From Vicugna vicugna (taxonomy: Eukaryota): 64,000 nt of DNA. The stretch spans positions 1,077,523 through 1,141,522 of the forward strand of contig MU058463.1 of the NCBI GenBank assembly GCA_013265495.1, in the 5' to 3' direction. Below are positions 15,450-28,900 of the stretch, piece after piece. The translations under genes and the position numbers were made by a program. A model generated the notes under the pieces. The model saw nothing but the letters and a program-made list of their open reading frames with translations. It did no database searches and was not told the DNA's origin. The stretch's first letter is position 1, and the number at the start of each line of letters is the position of its first letter.

Positions 15450-17504
15450 AAAAGTTGATCTTGGAGCATAGATTTGAAAATCCCCTTTATTTCAGTATAG
15501 GCCACAGAATGACCCTAAAAAATGACTCCTCCGTACTTCCAGGGAGATATCTTTAAACCTTTCTGGACCCCTTACCTATCATATTGGATTAATCTCCAAA
15601 TTCCTTTACACATCATTTGCTTTTTTTCTTTTACTTGTCATGATTCAAATTTAAAATTCTTACAACAGCTGGTATAACTTGTATACCATTTCCCCATTTA
15701 CAGTCATCCTCAGTTCATCTGATTGGTACTGTTTACTTTTGTCTTCCAATCTTTCCTGTATATTCACAATTTTCCTAAATCACGTCTCTGAATAAAATAT
15801 TGAATAATTCCCCATTTCTTTTTTTGGAAATGTGTTAACTTCCTGAACTGACATTCAGAATTCACTCTATTTCATAATCCCTTCCATTCCCATGCCTTTC
15901 TCCTCTTCTCAAAGCTTTCTTTGGTCTCTAGGATTTATCATTTCAAAGGAGGAAAGATGGGTGGCACCAATACGGATCTGCCATAGAAATAAAAATTTGG
16001 CCAAGTAAACCATGGGGGAAAATGTTGTACAGTTAAAAAAAATTTATATATATAAAACACATACATGCTTTAGAAAAACACTGGAAAACAAAGCATACTT
16101 TGCAATAAATATTTCAGCAAATATACCTTCTATTATTTTCCTTTTAGTAGATTATATTATCCTCAAATGGAGATAGGACCCATAACTGTAAAACAGCATT
16201 ATTAGACTAACAGCCATTGTTCTCAGGGATACTGCTGTACTCATTTAGTCCAGGGAGTAGTGGACATTTTTTATAATATAGCTGAATTCCTGGAAATTAA
16301 AAAGGATTCAGGGAAAAATTCCCAGTAATAGTTACTATAACTTTCTTTGTGTTTTAAGTCTTTGGGAACCAAGATGCCAGAAAAGATACAGAAAACAGAG
16401 GAATCTCAATTGCCCTGATCTACATTTCCAGACTAATTCTTAAACACTTATCTAATCTAGGTTTAGACTCCTATCAAAGTTGACAAGTAACTGCCTTAAG
16501 AAGATCTTAAATTTTTATTCAGAGTAGGAAGCATACCAATGTAGTTGAAAATCCAAATCAGAGAATTGCAACATATTAAAAAAAAGGAAGAGAGAGGGCA
16601 GAAAAAGTACAGAAAAGCATTGCCAAAAGTAAAATCTGAAAAGCTGCTCCTTGGGTAACTAGTAAAGAGAAATATAACAGCAGATGGCACTAAATAGGCG
16701 GTAACTTTTAATTTTCTTTTTTCTTCCCTCATTATCCAAACTGTCAACTCATAACAGAAAACCAAATAAGATATATGAGGAATTAAAAAAAAAACCCACA
16801 AAATTTCAGAGAAGAATGAGGAAAATGTGAGCAATGGATCACTTAAACCATTTGGCTATGTTTGAATTCCTGGCTCCCGTAGTTTTAAGACAAGGATTTA
16901 TTAAACTGCCTCAAGTTATTATAGAGTTATCAGCAATTGCCTCTTATCAATTGAGGAAGTGTAGAGGAGGGAACTAAGCTTGGAAATGCCAAAGTAGATT
17001 TTTGTGTCCAATGAGATAAAAGCGTGTGTTTTTTGATAACTTTACTTCATATTTAAGAGATATTCCTGAACCTCTATTGCAGGCTCCGACCTAGAAAATG
17101 GAGATAAAAAGAATATTCGGGGCTGACCTAAGAAGACAATAGATTTGTAGTGGATGTAGGTTTATGAGATCAACAGTATAATGGAAAGACATTCCTCATG
17201 TAGAGATAAATACAGAGTGTTGCACAGAAGAGAAAGCCATCAATTTTCACCGTGGGAGGCATACAAATAAGACCTACACAAGAAATAGCATCATAACGGA
17301 CAAGTAGAGATCTGAAGGGCAGAGGAAATAGCATTAAATGAACACTGAATATCCATTTGTTTTTATATAAAGAGTAATTGGAGGGACTAGACGATAGGAC
17401 ACATGTGAAATACACAAGGAGAAAGTGGCAGGAGGTAAAGTGGTTAAGGTAACTTGGGACAGAATTCTATATGCGACAATAAGGAGTTTGTTTTACCCTT
17501 AAAA

Positions 17505-17870
17505 CCTTTGATATACCTTTTTTTTTAAAAAAATAGAAAAGTTGAAACACGCTTTTTTTCTCGGTACAATAGCAATAAATAGAACTTATTTTGTACTCCT
17601 GTTATCCATGTAAACATAGCAACACGGACTTCCAAAATGGGTGTTGGCGCCCAAAGACTGGCCTTTGGCGTGGCACCTAAAAAAAGTGGGGCCAACACAC
17701 ACATACCAGGACGTGGACTCACAGCAGCTGTGCTCGTGCCAGCCATGGTGGAGGGAGGGGGCAGCTGGTAAGAGACGAGCCCAGTGATTCTGTGCCAGCT
17801 CAGACTCCTTAGTTGAAGTGCCCAGGAGCATGGAATGGCGGAAGTTAAGCTCATTGCTAGCTGAGGAGCC
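17505..17870 (-). pseudogene. Candidate retrocopy fragment (mRNA 3'UTR-like) inserted in an L2 remnant
   Basis: GC/CpG-richer block, not a repeat I recognise, with a T-run at 17518-17526. Flanked by imperfect direct repeats aaggagtttg-ttttaccctta (17481) and aaggagtttaaatttttatcctta (17871). Confidence 0.4.
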
Positions 17871-18164
17871 AAGGAGTTTAAATTTTTATCCTTAGACAGC
17901 AATAAATCACTGCGTTTTTTAAGTAGTTGAGTAATGAGTTTGGGGAAGATAACTTTGGTACTATGGGTGGAAAGAGTAGAGACATTGATTTAGATAACAT
18001 TGGCGTTTAGATAACAGTTTTATTAAAGAGAGAATCAGCCTTGTGAGGAGAAGGTGTGAGACAAGACTGTGCCATTGCTCAGTATGTTTAGGGAAGTTTA
18101 GTCAGAGTTCGAAGTGAGGCAACCATGGAAAATGAGTGGAGGGGGAGGCAGAAAAGGCAATGCT

Positions 18165-18355
18165 ATTTGTGCATAATGCTTTTTAGATTACAAAGTGATT
18201 TTTGCATTATACAAGCTTCATGATTATTATATTTTACAATTGCTAGAGAAACAGATTCAGAAAATTTAAGTTATTCAAACCAAATTTAATAAGTTGAAAA
18301 ACCGGAAGGTGAAACTCGTTCTAATTTTCAGTTTAGCACTCTTTTACTACAATAC
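18165..18355 (-). mobile_element. MIR SINE
   Basis: attattatattttacaat...gagaaacagattcagaaaatttaagttatt is a decayed MIR core. Confidence 0.7.
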
Positions 18356-18512
18356 ATGAAGAACAAAAGCAAACAAAAACAATCAAAAACTTACAAGTAA
18401 ACAGAGTACGTAAAAAACTGCAATATTCACAGTTTTAAGTCATTTTCCTGATTTCATTTTACTTGCTAGTAACCAGGGAGAGCTAAATGATTGATTTTAT
18501 ATCAGTTTTTGA

Positions 18513-18690
18513 CAAACTACAGGCCTAGAGAGGCCACTCTTTTTTTTTTTTTAATCTAATTCATTTAGTTATTATCTGTGGCTTCTCTGGAATCCTCATG
18601 ACGGAGTTTAGTTGCAGCAGAAATTTATGTCTTAGCAACACTAAAATTTTTACTCTTTAGATCATTAAAAGAAAAACATTGCTGACCTAA
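18513..18690 (+). mobile_element. MER58A-like hAT-Charlie MITE
   Basis: gacaaactacaggcc...tatctgtggct...ctaaaatttttactctttagatcattaaaagaaaaacattgctgacc follows the MER58A layout. Confidence 0.7.
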
Positions 18691-18929
18691 TTTTGATCAT
18701 TTACTCTACTACCTAACAGCTTGTACCTCCTATAACCAGTTCTTGGATATATCAAAATATAATCATACATCATTACTTGTATACTAAGGGAGAAGAAGGG
18801 TGATAAAAGAAATAGGAAATTTTATGTTTTTTAGAGGGAAATATAAAGTATTTCCAGATTTGCAGACATTATTGCAGTTTTATGATTTGTCCTCCTTAAC
18901 TCCTCTATTCCAGTGATTTGCTTTTCAAT

Positions 18930-20150
18930 TTTGGAAGAGAGCAATTTATTGTTTTTTCTATTTTAATTCTGCTGTTGGTGTCATATCTAAAAAGTCTTTA
19001 CCTTACCAGAAATAACAAAGGATTTCTGTTGTCTTTTTTTCTGTAAGTTTTATCATTTTTTTGTTTTAAATTGTTTAAATCTAGGACCCACACTGTGTTC
19101 ATTTTTTTTTAATGTTGTGGTCAATATAAGTTAGTCTATTTCATATGGATATCTAACTGTACATGTATCATCTTTTCAAAAGTCTGTTCCTTCTCCATTT
19201 GGCACCTACCATAGACTGGATTCATATGTTGAAGCCCTAATCACCAGTGTGACTGTATTTGGAGATAGGCCTTTTAAGGAGGTTATGAGGTAGAGATGCT
19301 GAGGCTCTAATTCTGCAGGCCTACCATCCTTATAAGGAAGAGTAACCAGAGACCTTTCTCCCCACATCTGCACCACGGGAAGGTGATGTGAGGACACAGC
19401 AAGGCAGCCATCTGCAAGCCACAGAGTCCTCACCCAAAACCTACCCTGCCAGCTCCTCGATGTTAGACTTCCAGTCTCTAGCACTGTGAGGAAAACAAAT
19501 GTCTATTCTTTCAGCCACTCTGTCTGTGGTATTCTGTTATGGTAGCCCAAACAGGCTACAACAACATCCTTGTCAAAAATCAACTGATCATATATTTCTA
19601 CTCTGTACCACTGATAAATTTGTAAGTTCTTATTAAAAAACCACAGTCTGATGATTAATGTGGCTTTATAGTAAGTCTTGAAATAAGGCTATATGAGTTA
19701 TCCAACTTTGTTCAACTTAAAAAATTATTTTTGTTACTCCTAATCCTTTACCTTGCCATATAAGTTTTAGGTTTAACTTACACATTTCAGCAAAATCCCT
19801 TCTTGGGTTTAATTGTGATTGTGTTTAATCTGCAGATCAATTTGAGAAGGATTTACAGCTTAACAACACTGAGTCTTCCAATCTATGAACACAGTACATG
19901 TCTCCGTTTGTTTAGGTCTTCTTTGATTTCTTTCATCAATATTTCATAAGTTAGCACATGTTATATTTGATTAGTTTCATGCCTAATTTTTTCATGTTTT
20001 TGGTGCACTTTTAAAAAGTACAAATGGTACGCTTTAAAATATAAATTCCTTATCATTTATTGAGAATACATAGATTTTATTTTTTATTGACTCTTCATAT
20101 TGACCTATCCTGACTCCTTTGATTACTGTAAACATTCTACTCATGAGTCA
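18930..20150 (-). mobile_element. Old L1M ORF2 3' fragment interrupted by an MLT1 LTR
   Basis: ttggtgtcatatctaaaaag, tggatatctaactgt, ttggcacc [LTR] cttgtcaaaaatcaactg, ctgagtcttccaatctatgaaca. Confidence 0.8.
19207..19563 (+). mobile_element. MaLR solo LTR, MLT1A-like
   Basis: tgttgaagccctaatcaccagtgtgactgtatttggagatagg...gtgaggacacagc...gacttccagtctctagcactgtgag...tgttatggtagccc. Possible decayed 5-bp TSD gcacc/acatc. Confidence 0.9.
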
Positions 20151-20174
20151 ATGAGGTTTTATTAAGTTTAAAAT

Positions 20175-21160
20175 TTAAGTTTTTTCTAGTTTTATTGAGA
20201 AATAATTGACACACATCACTGTATATGTTTATGATTTACATATACTTCTAATGATTGCCACAATAGGTTCAGTTAATATCTGTCATCTCATATAGATATA
20301 ATTAAAAGAATGAAAGAAAAAAGAAAAGATGTCTCCTTGTGGTAAGAACTCTTAATGTTTGCTCTCAACAACATTCCTGTGTATAATACAGCAGTGTTAC
20401 TACAGTCATCATGCTGTAAATCACAGACCAAATGCTTATTTATTTTGCAACTGGAAGTTTGTACCTTTTGACCACCTTACTCCAGTTTACCCCGCTTCTC
20501 ATAACCACAAATCTGATCTCTTTTTCTATGAGTCTGTTTGATTCCACATATAAGTGAGATCATAAAGTATTTGTCCTTCTCTTAGTTCATTTAGCATTAT
20601 GACTTTTCAAGTTTCATCCATATTGTCACAAATGATAAGATTTCCTCATGTTTATGGCTGAATAATATTCATATATAATCTGACTCACAACTTCTTTATC
20701 CATTCATTTACTGATGGACATTTAGATTGTTTCTATGGCTTGGCTATTGTAAACAAGGCTGTGGATGAACATGGGGGTGTGGATATCTTTCTTAGTTTCT
20801 TTCATTTCCTTTGGATATATTCCCAGAAATGGAATTGCTGGATCACTTGGTAGCTCTATTTTTAATTTTTTTGAGGAAACTCCATGCTGTCTTCCATAGC
20901 ATCTATACCAATTTATAATGCCCCCAGTAGTACAGAATTCTTTTCTTTCATATCTTCAGCATCACTTTTTAGCTCATCTTTTTGATGACAGCCATTCTTA
21001 CAGGTGTAGGATGATACCTTATTGTGCTTTTAATTTGCATTTTTAAAATGACTGGTGATACTGAGAATTTTCCGTATACTTGTTGGCCTTTCATACATCT
21101 TTGGGAAAATGTCTATTTAGGTCCTTTGCCCATTTTTTAATTGTGTTGTGTTTTTTTTTT
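20175..21160 (-). mobile_element. L1 3' end (laurasiatherian L1MA9/L1_Carn-like)
   Basis: tttttctagttttattgagaaataattgac...gattccacatataagtgagatcat...cccagaaatggaattgctggatca...gaaaatgtctatttaggtcctttgcccatttt. Confidence 0.9.
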
Positions 21161-21959
21161 CAATTTTATGTTTTATAAAGACAATAATATTTTTAAATGT
21201 CTTGGTAATATTACACTATACTAAGACATAAAACAATTTCTCTTTGTCCCTATTTGACTTAATTATGCTAAAAATGTATTCATGGTTTGCTCTACAGAAC
21301 TGCATCTATCCTGTAACTTAAAAATATAAAGAAGAATCTGATATTATTATAACTGCCTAGGATGCCAATGTAGCTTAAAATGGGACTTTTAATAATTGGG
21401 GTGACAGAAAGTATGAGGCTACAAAGAGAAGATGAACCCTTGAGAAAAGTCCTAAAAAGGAATGAGTCAGCCAACTCAACAGCAGAAAAGAACAGAACTG
21501 CAAAGAGCACAGAGGTATAATATGTCCAATATCACAAAATTATGGAAATGCATGGTATTTTCCTAAAGTTTTAAATTATTATATTTGAAGTGTATGGTGT
21601 GTTTTATTGGAGAAGGAAACAATTAGTATGGAGAGGTAGACAGGATCAGCAAATAGAGGGCCTTTCTTTCAATATATAGAATTTAAAATGCATAAAACTA
21701 TAACAAAAACAGTTTATTTCAAAAGAGTGTATTGGAGAGATAATTTGAAGGGGGCAGACTGATTTGGAGTGGTAGCTAAATGGATGTGAAAGTTAAGGGA
21801 AAAGATTATCTAATTATTTCTGTTGGGCAAGAGTGGTTTCTTTCAAGTTGTATCAGTGGGCATGCAAAATCTCTATGCTATTTCAATAATAGTGTAAGTA
21901 AAATTTAGTAATTTTCTTTTTTGACTTAGTATACCATATATTCTAATCACTCTTGAATT

Positions 21960-22300
21960 CACTGTTATTACTATAATAGCTAACATACTATTCCAGCAAG
22001 TGACTATACTGTATTTAGTTAATCTCTGCTCTACTGCTGAATATTTAATCTCTAGCTTTTCATCTCAATAAAGTTTGCTAAACATCTTTATACTTTTCCC
22101 TCATTTTATATTTTCCTTAACCCAGGAGTGAGAAGCGTACAGCGAGGGAAAATAAGTTATGCATTGTTTTTGGATTCTTAAATTCCGTATTGTTTTCCTA
22201 AAGTATAAAAACTCCCGTTACCCCACAATCTCAGAGTTTTTATCTATACTGTGCCCTTTTGATTAAACTGACTGGCAGAAAAATTATTTTTGTTTACTGG
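21960..22300 (-). mobile_element. Ancient L1ME-like 3' fragment
   Basis: Decayed tactattcca...ctctactgctgaatattta...ctaaacatcttta...cccaggagtgagaa...tattgttttcctaaag. Confidence 0.45.
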
Positions 22301-22729
22301 CTGTTTACATGAGTAAGGTCAAAGGATATTACTAGTATATAAAATAATTAATAATAATTGTGTATACCCTTATTAAAATTATTTTGCACATGATGTTTTA
22401 AAGATTAGAATGTCAAAGCTCTTAAGATATGTACTGCATTTTTAAAAGTACATTGAGTATAATTTAGACAAATTCATCAGGCAAATACTGAACTTAACAT
22501 TCTCACGCCAACTCCAGGTAAACCCATAGGGTCAAAAAAACCAAGAAGAGCCTAATTATTGATAGTGTACACCAGTAAGAAATACCCTTTGGTATGCTAT
22601 TTTTGGGGACAACATATGATGTATTTAATGTTTTTCTCTTAAACATTCAAGAATTAAATGTCTTCATTTTTTTCTTAACACAGATTAGATTTATAACAGG
22701 GAAAACAGCCTTGGGTATGATTTTATGCA

Positions 22730-22842
22730 TATTTACCTGTGTGAGGGGCTTTGTGTGGTTTATGATTAGAGTAAAAAAATTTTTGATAAAGCGTCTTGAG
22801 CTCCTTAGAGGACGAGAGCAATAAAAATGCAAAATAATAAAT
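22730..22842 (+). mobile_element. Ancient MIR-family SINE tail (MIR1_Amn/MIR3-like)
   Basis: ggggctttgtgtggttta...taaagcgtcttgagctccttagaggacgagagcaataaaaatgcaaaataataa resembles an ancient CORE-SINE 3' tail. Confidence 0.4.
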
Positions 22843-24264
22843 ATGAATAATTTTACAAGTCTGCTTTATAAAGATGAAATATTTTTATCCTACTGCCTCT
22901 AGATAAATGAAATATATCATGATGAAATAACAATATATGTCATTTTATGTATCTAGGTTCCTAAATATCCATGACAGACATGTCTATATATTATGAGAGC
23001 TAATATGAACACCTTTAAACTCTGAAGCTTCACTTAATCATTACCTTAAGGATAAAGTTTAAAGAAAAATTTAAGTATCTTAAAGTGGAAAATATCTACT
23101 AGAGTAGAATTCTGAATTATGATCTTCATATATGAATAAAGAATACTGCATGATTTGTAGTTCATCCAGTCCATCCATCTTTAAAAAACATTCTTAAAAC
23201 CAGCTTCATTGCAGGCATGGTGTGTATTACCAAGATAGAAAAATGAATAACTCATATTCATTGGTTACTTCTTACTAAAAATAATGTATTGCTTATGGTA
23301 GTGTTTTAAAACATAATGGTTGCACTTCTAAGTGTTAAGACTATATTTAAAATTTTAAGGTTGATAATGCATGGCAGAACCTTAAAGATGTACTTGTGAT
23401 CTGGGCATAATGAGAAGTTTCTAAGGGTAGGTAACTTGGCATCACAAGCCTGGCTTCCAAAATCTGAGACACGTCTGAGTAAAAGTATCCTTGCTCCATT
23501 GAAATCAGAGAGGAGCATAGCAGGAATTGCAAACCATCATATACCACAAGCATAATAATAATTGATGCCTTGCAAGGCCTTAGATAAGAGGCCTACTGAC
23601 CAGAAGCAAGTAGAACAGGAAATCATGGAGGCTGATTGCTTTCAGAAATAAAAGACATGATAAAAATTAAAAAGAAAGTTCTCAAGTGGTAATACAGAGT
23701 AAACACACTGAAATACTACAGATGCACTTAAAACAGTATAGAGTGGGCTGAGACAAGAAAGGCTGATAAAAAAAAATTATAGGCAAGTTAAGCAATGATG
23801 ACTATAAATGTTACGGATTCTTTTGTATTATTTGAAAATGTATTTGGTTAATTCATATTAAAACATGAATTTGTTTTCATTTAAAAGTAAATTTATGCAC
23901 ATTGATTAAATGTTTAGCCTGGATTAAGTTAATTTAACTATTAAAATAAAAAATAAGAGTGATTATTTTCATTAACAAAAAAGGAACAAGAGTTTATTTA
24001 AAACTCTTGCTACTCAAAGGAGAGCTATTATTAATCACCATGCGGCTCTATAAGTATAGTTATTTTAGGGGAAAAACTAAATACCCATCTCTTTGTGGGC
24101 TATAAATATGCATTTTTCTTAAAGGTGACTGGAACAGTATAGTGGTAATCACTTAGGTATTATTTCACCTGAAGAATAAATGGAATACATTTTAAAACAA
24201 CAGAGAAAATGAGATACAAGGATCAAGTTGAAGATTTCCTTTACCAGGATTATTGTCAGATGCC

Positions 24265-24355
24265 AGAAACTCTTGCAGGCTTAGTTTTCTCACTTTACAA
24301 ATTAAGCAGTTGTACAGATATCTAAAATTCCTCCTGGTTCAAAAATTTTGAGGCA
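24265..24355 (+). mobile_element. MIR3/MIRc fragment
   Basis: ggcttagttttctcactttacaaatt...tatctaaaattcctcctggttcaaaaattttga. Confidence 0.55.
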
Positions 24356-25789
24356 TGACATTTCTTTCCATGCAGTCAGGCCTTAAATTTTATATTCTGT
24401 TCTTCCCCTTTTGAGGGGGTGAGCAATCAAATAAAAAATATATTGCTTACTTTTTTCTCCTTATAGCATTCAATAATCATAATTTGGTAAATATTCTGAA
24501 TGTATCTCAGGGTAAAACCATCTTTTATCTTTGTTAAAATTTCTCTCAGCCTCTATTATCAATCAAAGCCTGAGAGAGTATCCAGAACATTTCACCTCCT
24601 CCTAAGTCTTAATGGAAGTAAGTTATGAGTTTATCTTTGGAGCTCAATTGAACTGCTTCACTGTCCCTGAATTATCTATCAAAATCTCCTGTTTCTTCCC
24701 AAATAATTTAATTACTAATAAATTAAGTAACTTACTTTTTCCCCCTCAAATAACATGGTTTTAATTCAAGGAAGGAAGAAAATGTGAAGACAGAAATCAA
24801 ATTAGGCTTCTAGGACCTGATACCTAGACCAAAGACACACAGAATATCTTGTAACACAGAGACCGCCATGGAAGAATGCTAGTTTGATCAAATATCATTA
24901 CTATAACCATGCAAGGGTGATATTTTTCATGCCTATCCTACATGTTAATGAATTTCTACAATAAAATAAAATTATAATAAGAAATAACATGCAAAAAGTA
25001 AATGAAAAAATTTAAAAAAAGAAAAATATATCCTCTTTATTAGTAACTCTGACACTATAAGCTTATAATTTCATTCCCAGTGGTATTAAAACAAAGTAAA
25101 AGTCATTCAAAAAATAGAGACCATAATATGTAAGTTGCAAAGAAACATTTTATGTACACAATTACTGTTTTTTCAAAAATTATCCAACTTTTCTAAATGT
25201 AATATCTATACTTCAAAAAGTGTGTAACAAAATAAATCTGAAAAGTATTGTTTAAAGGTTTAAATAATGTGGTTATTTACCATTATATAGAATAATTGCA
25301 TATATATAATGACTATTTATACACATACTCATTGAGATACATCAAAATTTTTGTCAAAAGAAGCTTATGTATAATTGTAAGCAGAGAACTGATGATACAA
25401 ATTAAATTTATAGTTTGTTCTCAAGTTGCAGTAGTAAGCAAGCAATTATGTACAGTTTGCATATTTTACCTACATGGCAAATTGTAACTGTCTAACATTA
25501 TTCGAATTTGCATTTTCAAAGGGGTTTGTTTTCATGCTTTTATGGTGCTTTGGAATATTTCATAATTATAGACAATTGTAAAAATAATTAAGCTAACATC
25601 ATCACAATAAGGGTGCCTCAGTTCTGGACAAGTGAATATTCTCAGATTTGTTATGTTACACTTTTATGTACATAAGTATACCAATACATATGTAAATAAA
25701 CAAACATAAAAATGACAATTTAGACAAATAGTTCTTTTTTTGATTTAAACATATGTGTGGTATTATCTGATAGTTCTGCTTAAATTTTA

Positions 25790-25995
25790 CAAACTCAGAC
25801 AACACAAAAACAAAGTAAATAACCTGGAAAAATAGTGGGCAAAGGACCTGAATAGATATTTCTTTTCTAAAAGGCATACAGATGGCCAACAGACATAAGA
25901 AAAGATCACTAATCATCAGGGTAATGCAAATCAAGACCACAATGATCACTTCACACTTGTTAAGATAGTTATTACAAAAAAACAAGAGATAACAG
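25790..25995 (+). mobile_element. Host L1, ORF2 3' region, left part
   Basis: gggcaaaggacctgaatagatatttc...gatggccaacagacat...aatgcaaatcaagaccacaatg...aaacaagagataac. Continues at 31050. Confidence 0.85.
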
Positions 25996-25999
25996 ATAC

Positions 26000-28900
26000 T
26001 AACAATGATACAAAGATTTCACATGTAAGTGAGCAGCCAAAAGGCCTAAACTCCTGCCTCAGAGAGATCCCATATCCAGGTTTTGATGAGCACAGGGCCC
26101 AAAGTGGGGCTACCTCCCTAAAGCCCCTGAGATTGGAGGTGTGGATAGAGGTGGAATCTAACTGGAACAACAATAAAATTGTTTCACAGGAAAAATAAAT
26201 AATAAATAAAGGCCACGTCCACCTACCAGCATATTCACAGTAGTCTGCTACACCCATGCAACCTACACAGTGGGCACCCTTATGGCATATAGCTCTGGTG
26301 ATCAGTGAGGAGTGTGCAGCTGGGCCCCATAAGATGTCTTCTATCTAAGGCCACTTCTCCAATTTCTACCTAATACATAAAAATAAACAGAAAATTAGGC
26401 AAACTGAGGAGACAGAGGGATGTGTTCCAAATAAAGGAACAAGACAAAACCTTAGGAAAAGAACTAAACAAAACAGAGATAAGCAATTTACTGATTAAAA
26501 AACAAAACAAAACAAAAAAACCTACAACCTGTACCTGGCAAGGCTACCATTCAGATTTGAAGGAGAGAGAAAGTTTTCCAGAAAAGCAAAAGCTAAAACA
26601 GTTCAGCACCACGAAACTGGCTTTATAAGAGATGTTAATGGGACTTCTCTAAGGAGAAAAGACCACAACTAGAAACATACTAATTACAAAAAGGAAATTT
26701 CTCACTGATAAAGGCAAACATAAAATAAAGGTAGGAGATCAGACACTTATATCAAGCATGAAGATTAGAAGAAAAAAGTAGTATAATTATCTATATACAC
26801 AATAAGTTAAGGAATACACAAAAAGATGTAAAATATGATGTCAAAAACATTAAAAGTTTTGGGGGGGAGTAAAAATTCAGGATTGTCAGAATGTGTTTGA
26901 CTCTAAGAGATGATCAACTTAAAACAAACATAGGTTGTTATAAATGAACCTCATGGTACCACAAACCAAAAACGTATAATAGATACCCACAGAAAAAAGA
27001 GAAACAAATCCAAATGTAACACTAAAATAGTTATCAAAACACAAGGGAAGAGAGCAAAAGAAGAAAGACTAAAAAGAACTATAAAACAACCCCAAAACAA
27101 TGAACAAAATGGCAATAAATGCATAAATGTTAATAGACTAAGTACTCCAGCCAAAAGACATGGAATGACTGAATGGATTTTTAAAAAGGCCCAAATATAT
27201 GCTGCCTACAGGAGACTTACTTAAGACCAAAAGACACACACAGACTGAAAGTAAGGGCATGGAAAAAGGTATTCAATGCAAATGGGAACAAAAAATCTGG
27301 TGTAGCAAGACTTATATCAGACAAAATAGACTTTGAAATACAGTCTGTAACAAAAAACAAAGAATATCAGTATATAATGATCAAGGGATCAATCCAACAA
27401 AAAGATGTAACAATTATAAATATGTATGCACCCAGCATAGGAGCACCTGAGTACCTAAAGCAAATATCAGTAAAGAAATTGACAGTAACACAATAATAGT
27501 AGGGTACTTTAACACCCCACTCACATCAGTGGACAGGTCATCCAGACAGAAAATCAATTAAGAAACACTGGCTTTAAATAACACAATAGATCAGGTAGAT
27601 TTAAATATAGATAGATACACTCATACATAGAACATTCTATCCTAAAGCAGCAGAATACACATTCTTTTTAAGTGCACAGTAAAAAAGATCAATAAAACTA
27701 AGAGCTGATTCATTGAAAGACAGACAAAATTGACAAAAACTTTCAGCCAGACTCATTAAGGAAAAAAGGAGGGGGCCCAAATAAATAATATCAGAAATGA
27801 AAGAGAAGTTACAAGTACCATGGAAATACAGAGGGTTAAAAGAGATTATTAGGACCAATAACAGACCAATAAAATTGTCAACCTAAAAGAAATGAATAAA
27901 TTTTAGAAACATATAATCTCCCAAGACTGAATCAGGAAGATACAGAAAATATGAACAGACCAATTACAAGTTATAAAAACTGAATCAGTAACTTAAAAAA
28001 CAACCAAAAAGCAGCTTCACAAGTGAATTCTACAAAACATTGAAGAGTTAACACCTATTCTTCTCAAACTGTTCCAAAAAATTGAAGAAGAAGGAATGCT
28101 TTCAAACTCATTCTGAGGCCAGCTTCATCCTGAAAGCAAAACCAGACAAAGACGCTATACACACACAAAATTACAGGCCAATATCCCTCATGAAACAGCT
28201 GTAAAAACCCTCAAGAGTATTAGCAAAGTCAATTCAGCAATACATGAAAAGGATCATATGTCATGACCAAGTGAGATTTATCCAGGGATGCCAGGATGAT
28301 TCAATATCTGCAAACCAATCAATGTGGTATACAATGTAACAAACTGAATAAAATTACATGATCATCTCAGTAGATGCAGAAAAAGCTTTTAACAAAATTC
28401 AACATCCATTTTAGATAAAAACTCTCAACAAAGTGGGTATAGAGGAAATGTACTTCCACATAATAAAGGCCATTTATAACAAACTGACAGCCAACATACT
28501 GCTTAATGGTGAAAAGTTGAAAGCATTTCCTCTAAGATCAGGAAAAAGTCAAGGTTGCCTATTCTTGCCACTTTTATTGAATATATGGTTGGGCAGCTCC
28601 ACAGGTAATTCTACAAAACATTTAAAGAGTTAACCCTTTTCTTGTCTTACTGACAAGAAAAACAAACAAAAGGAATCCAAATTGGAGAAGAAAATGTTTG
28701 CAGATGACACAATACCATGTTTAGAAATTACAAAGACACCACCAAAAAACTATTAGAACTCATCAATGAATTCAAGAAAGTTTCAGGATACAAAACTAAT
28801 ATACAGAAATCTGCTGCACTTCCATACATGTATAATAAACTATCAAAGAAATTATGAAAACAATTTCATTTACAATTGCATCAAAGGGTACCTAGGAATA

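Noticed and set aside
17525..17902. 125-aa and 81-aa minus ORFs over the GC-rich insert
   Set aside because: No recognisable protein. Their length is explained by the locally higher GC.
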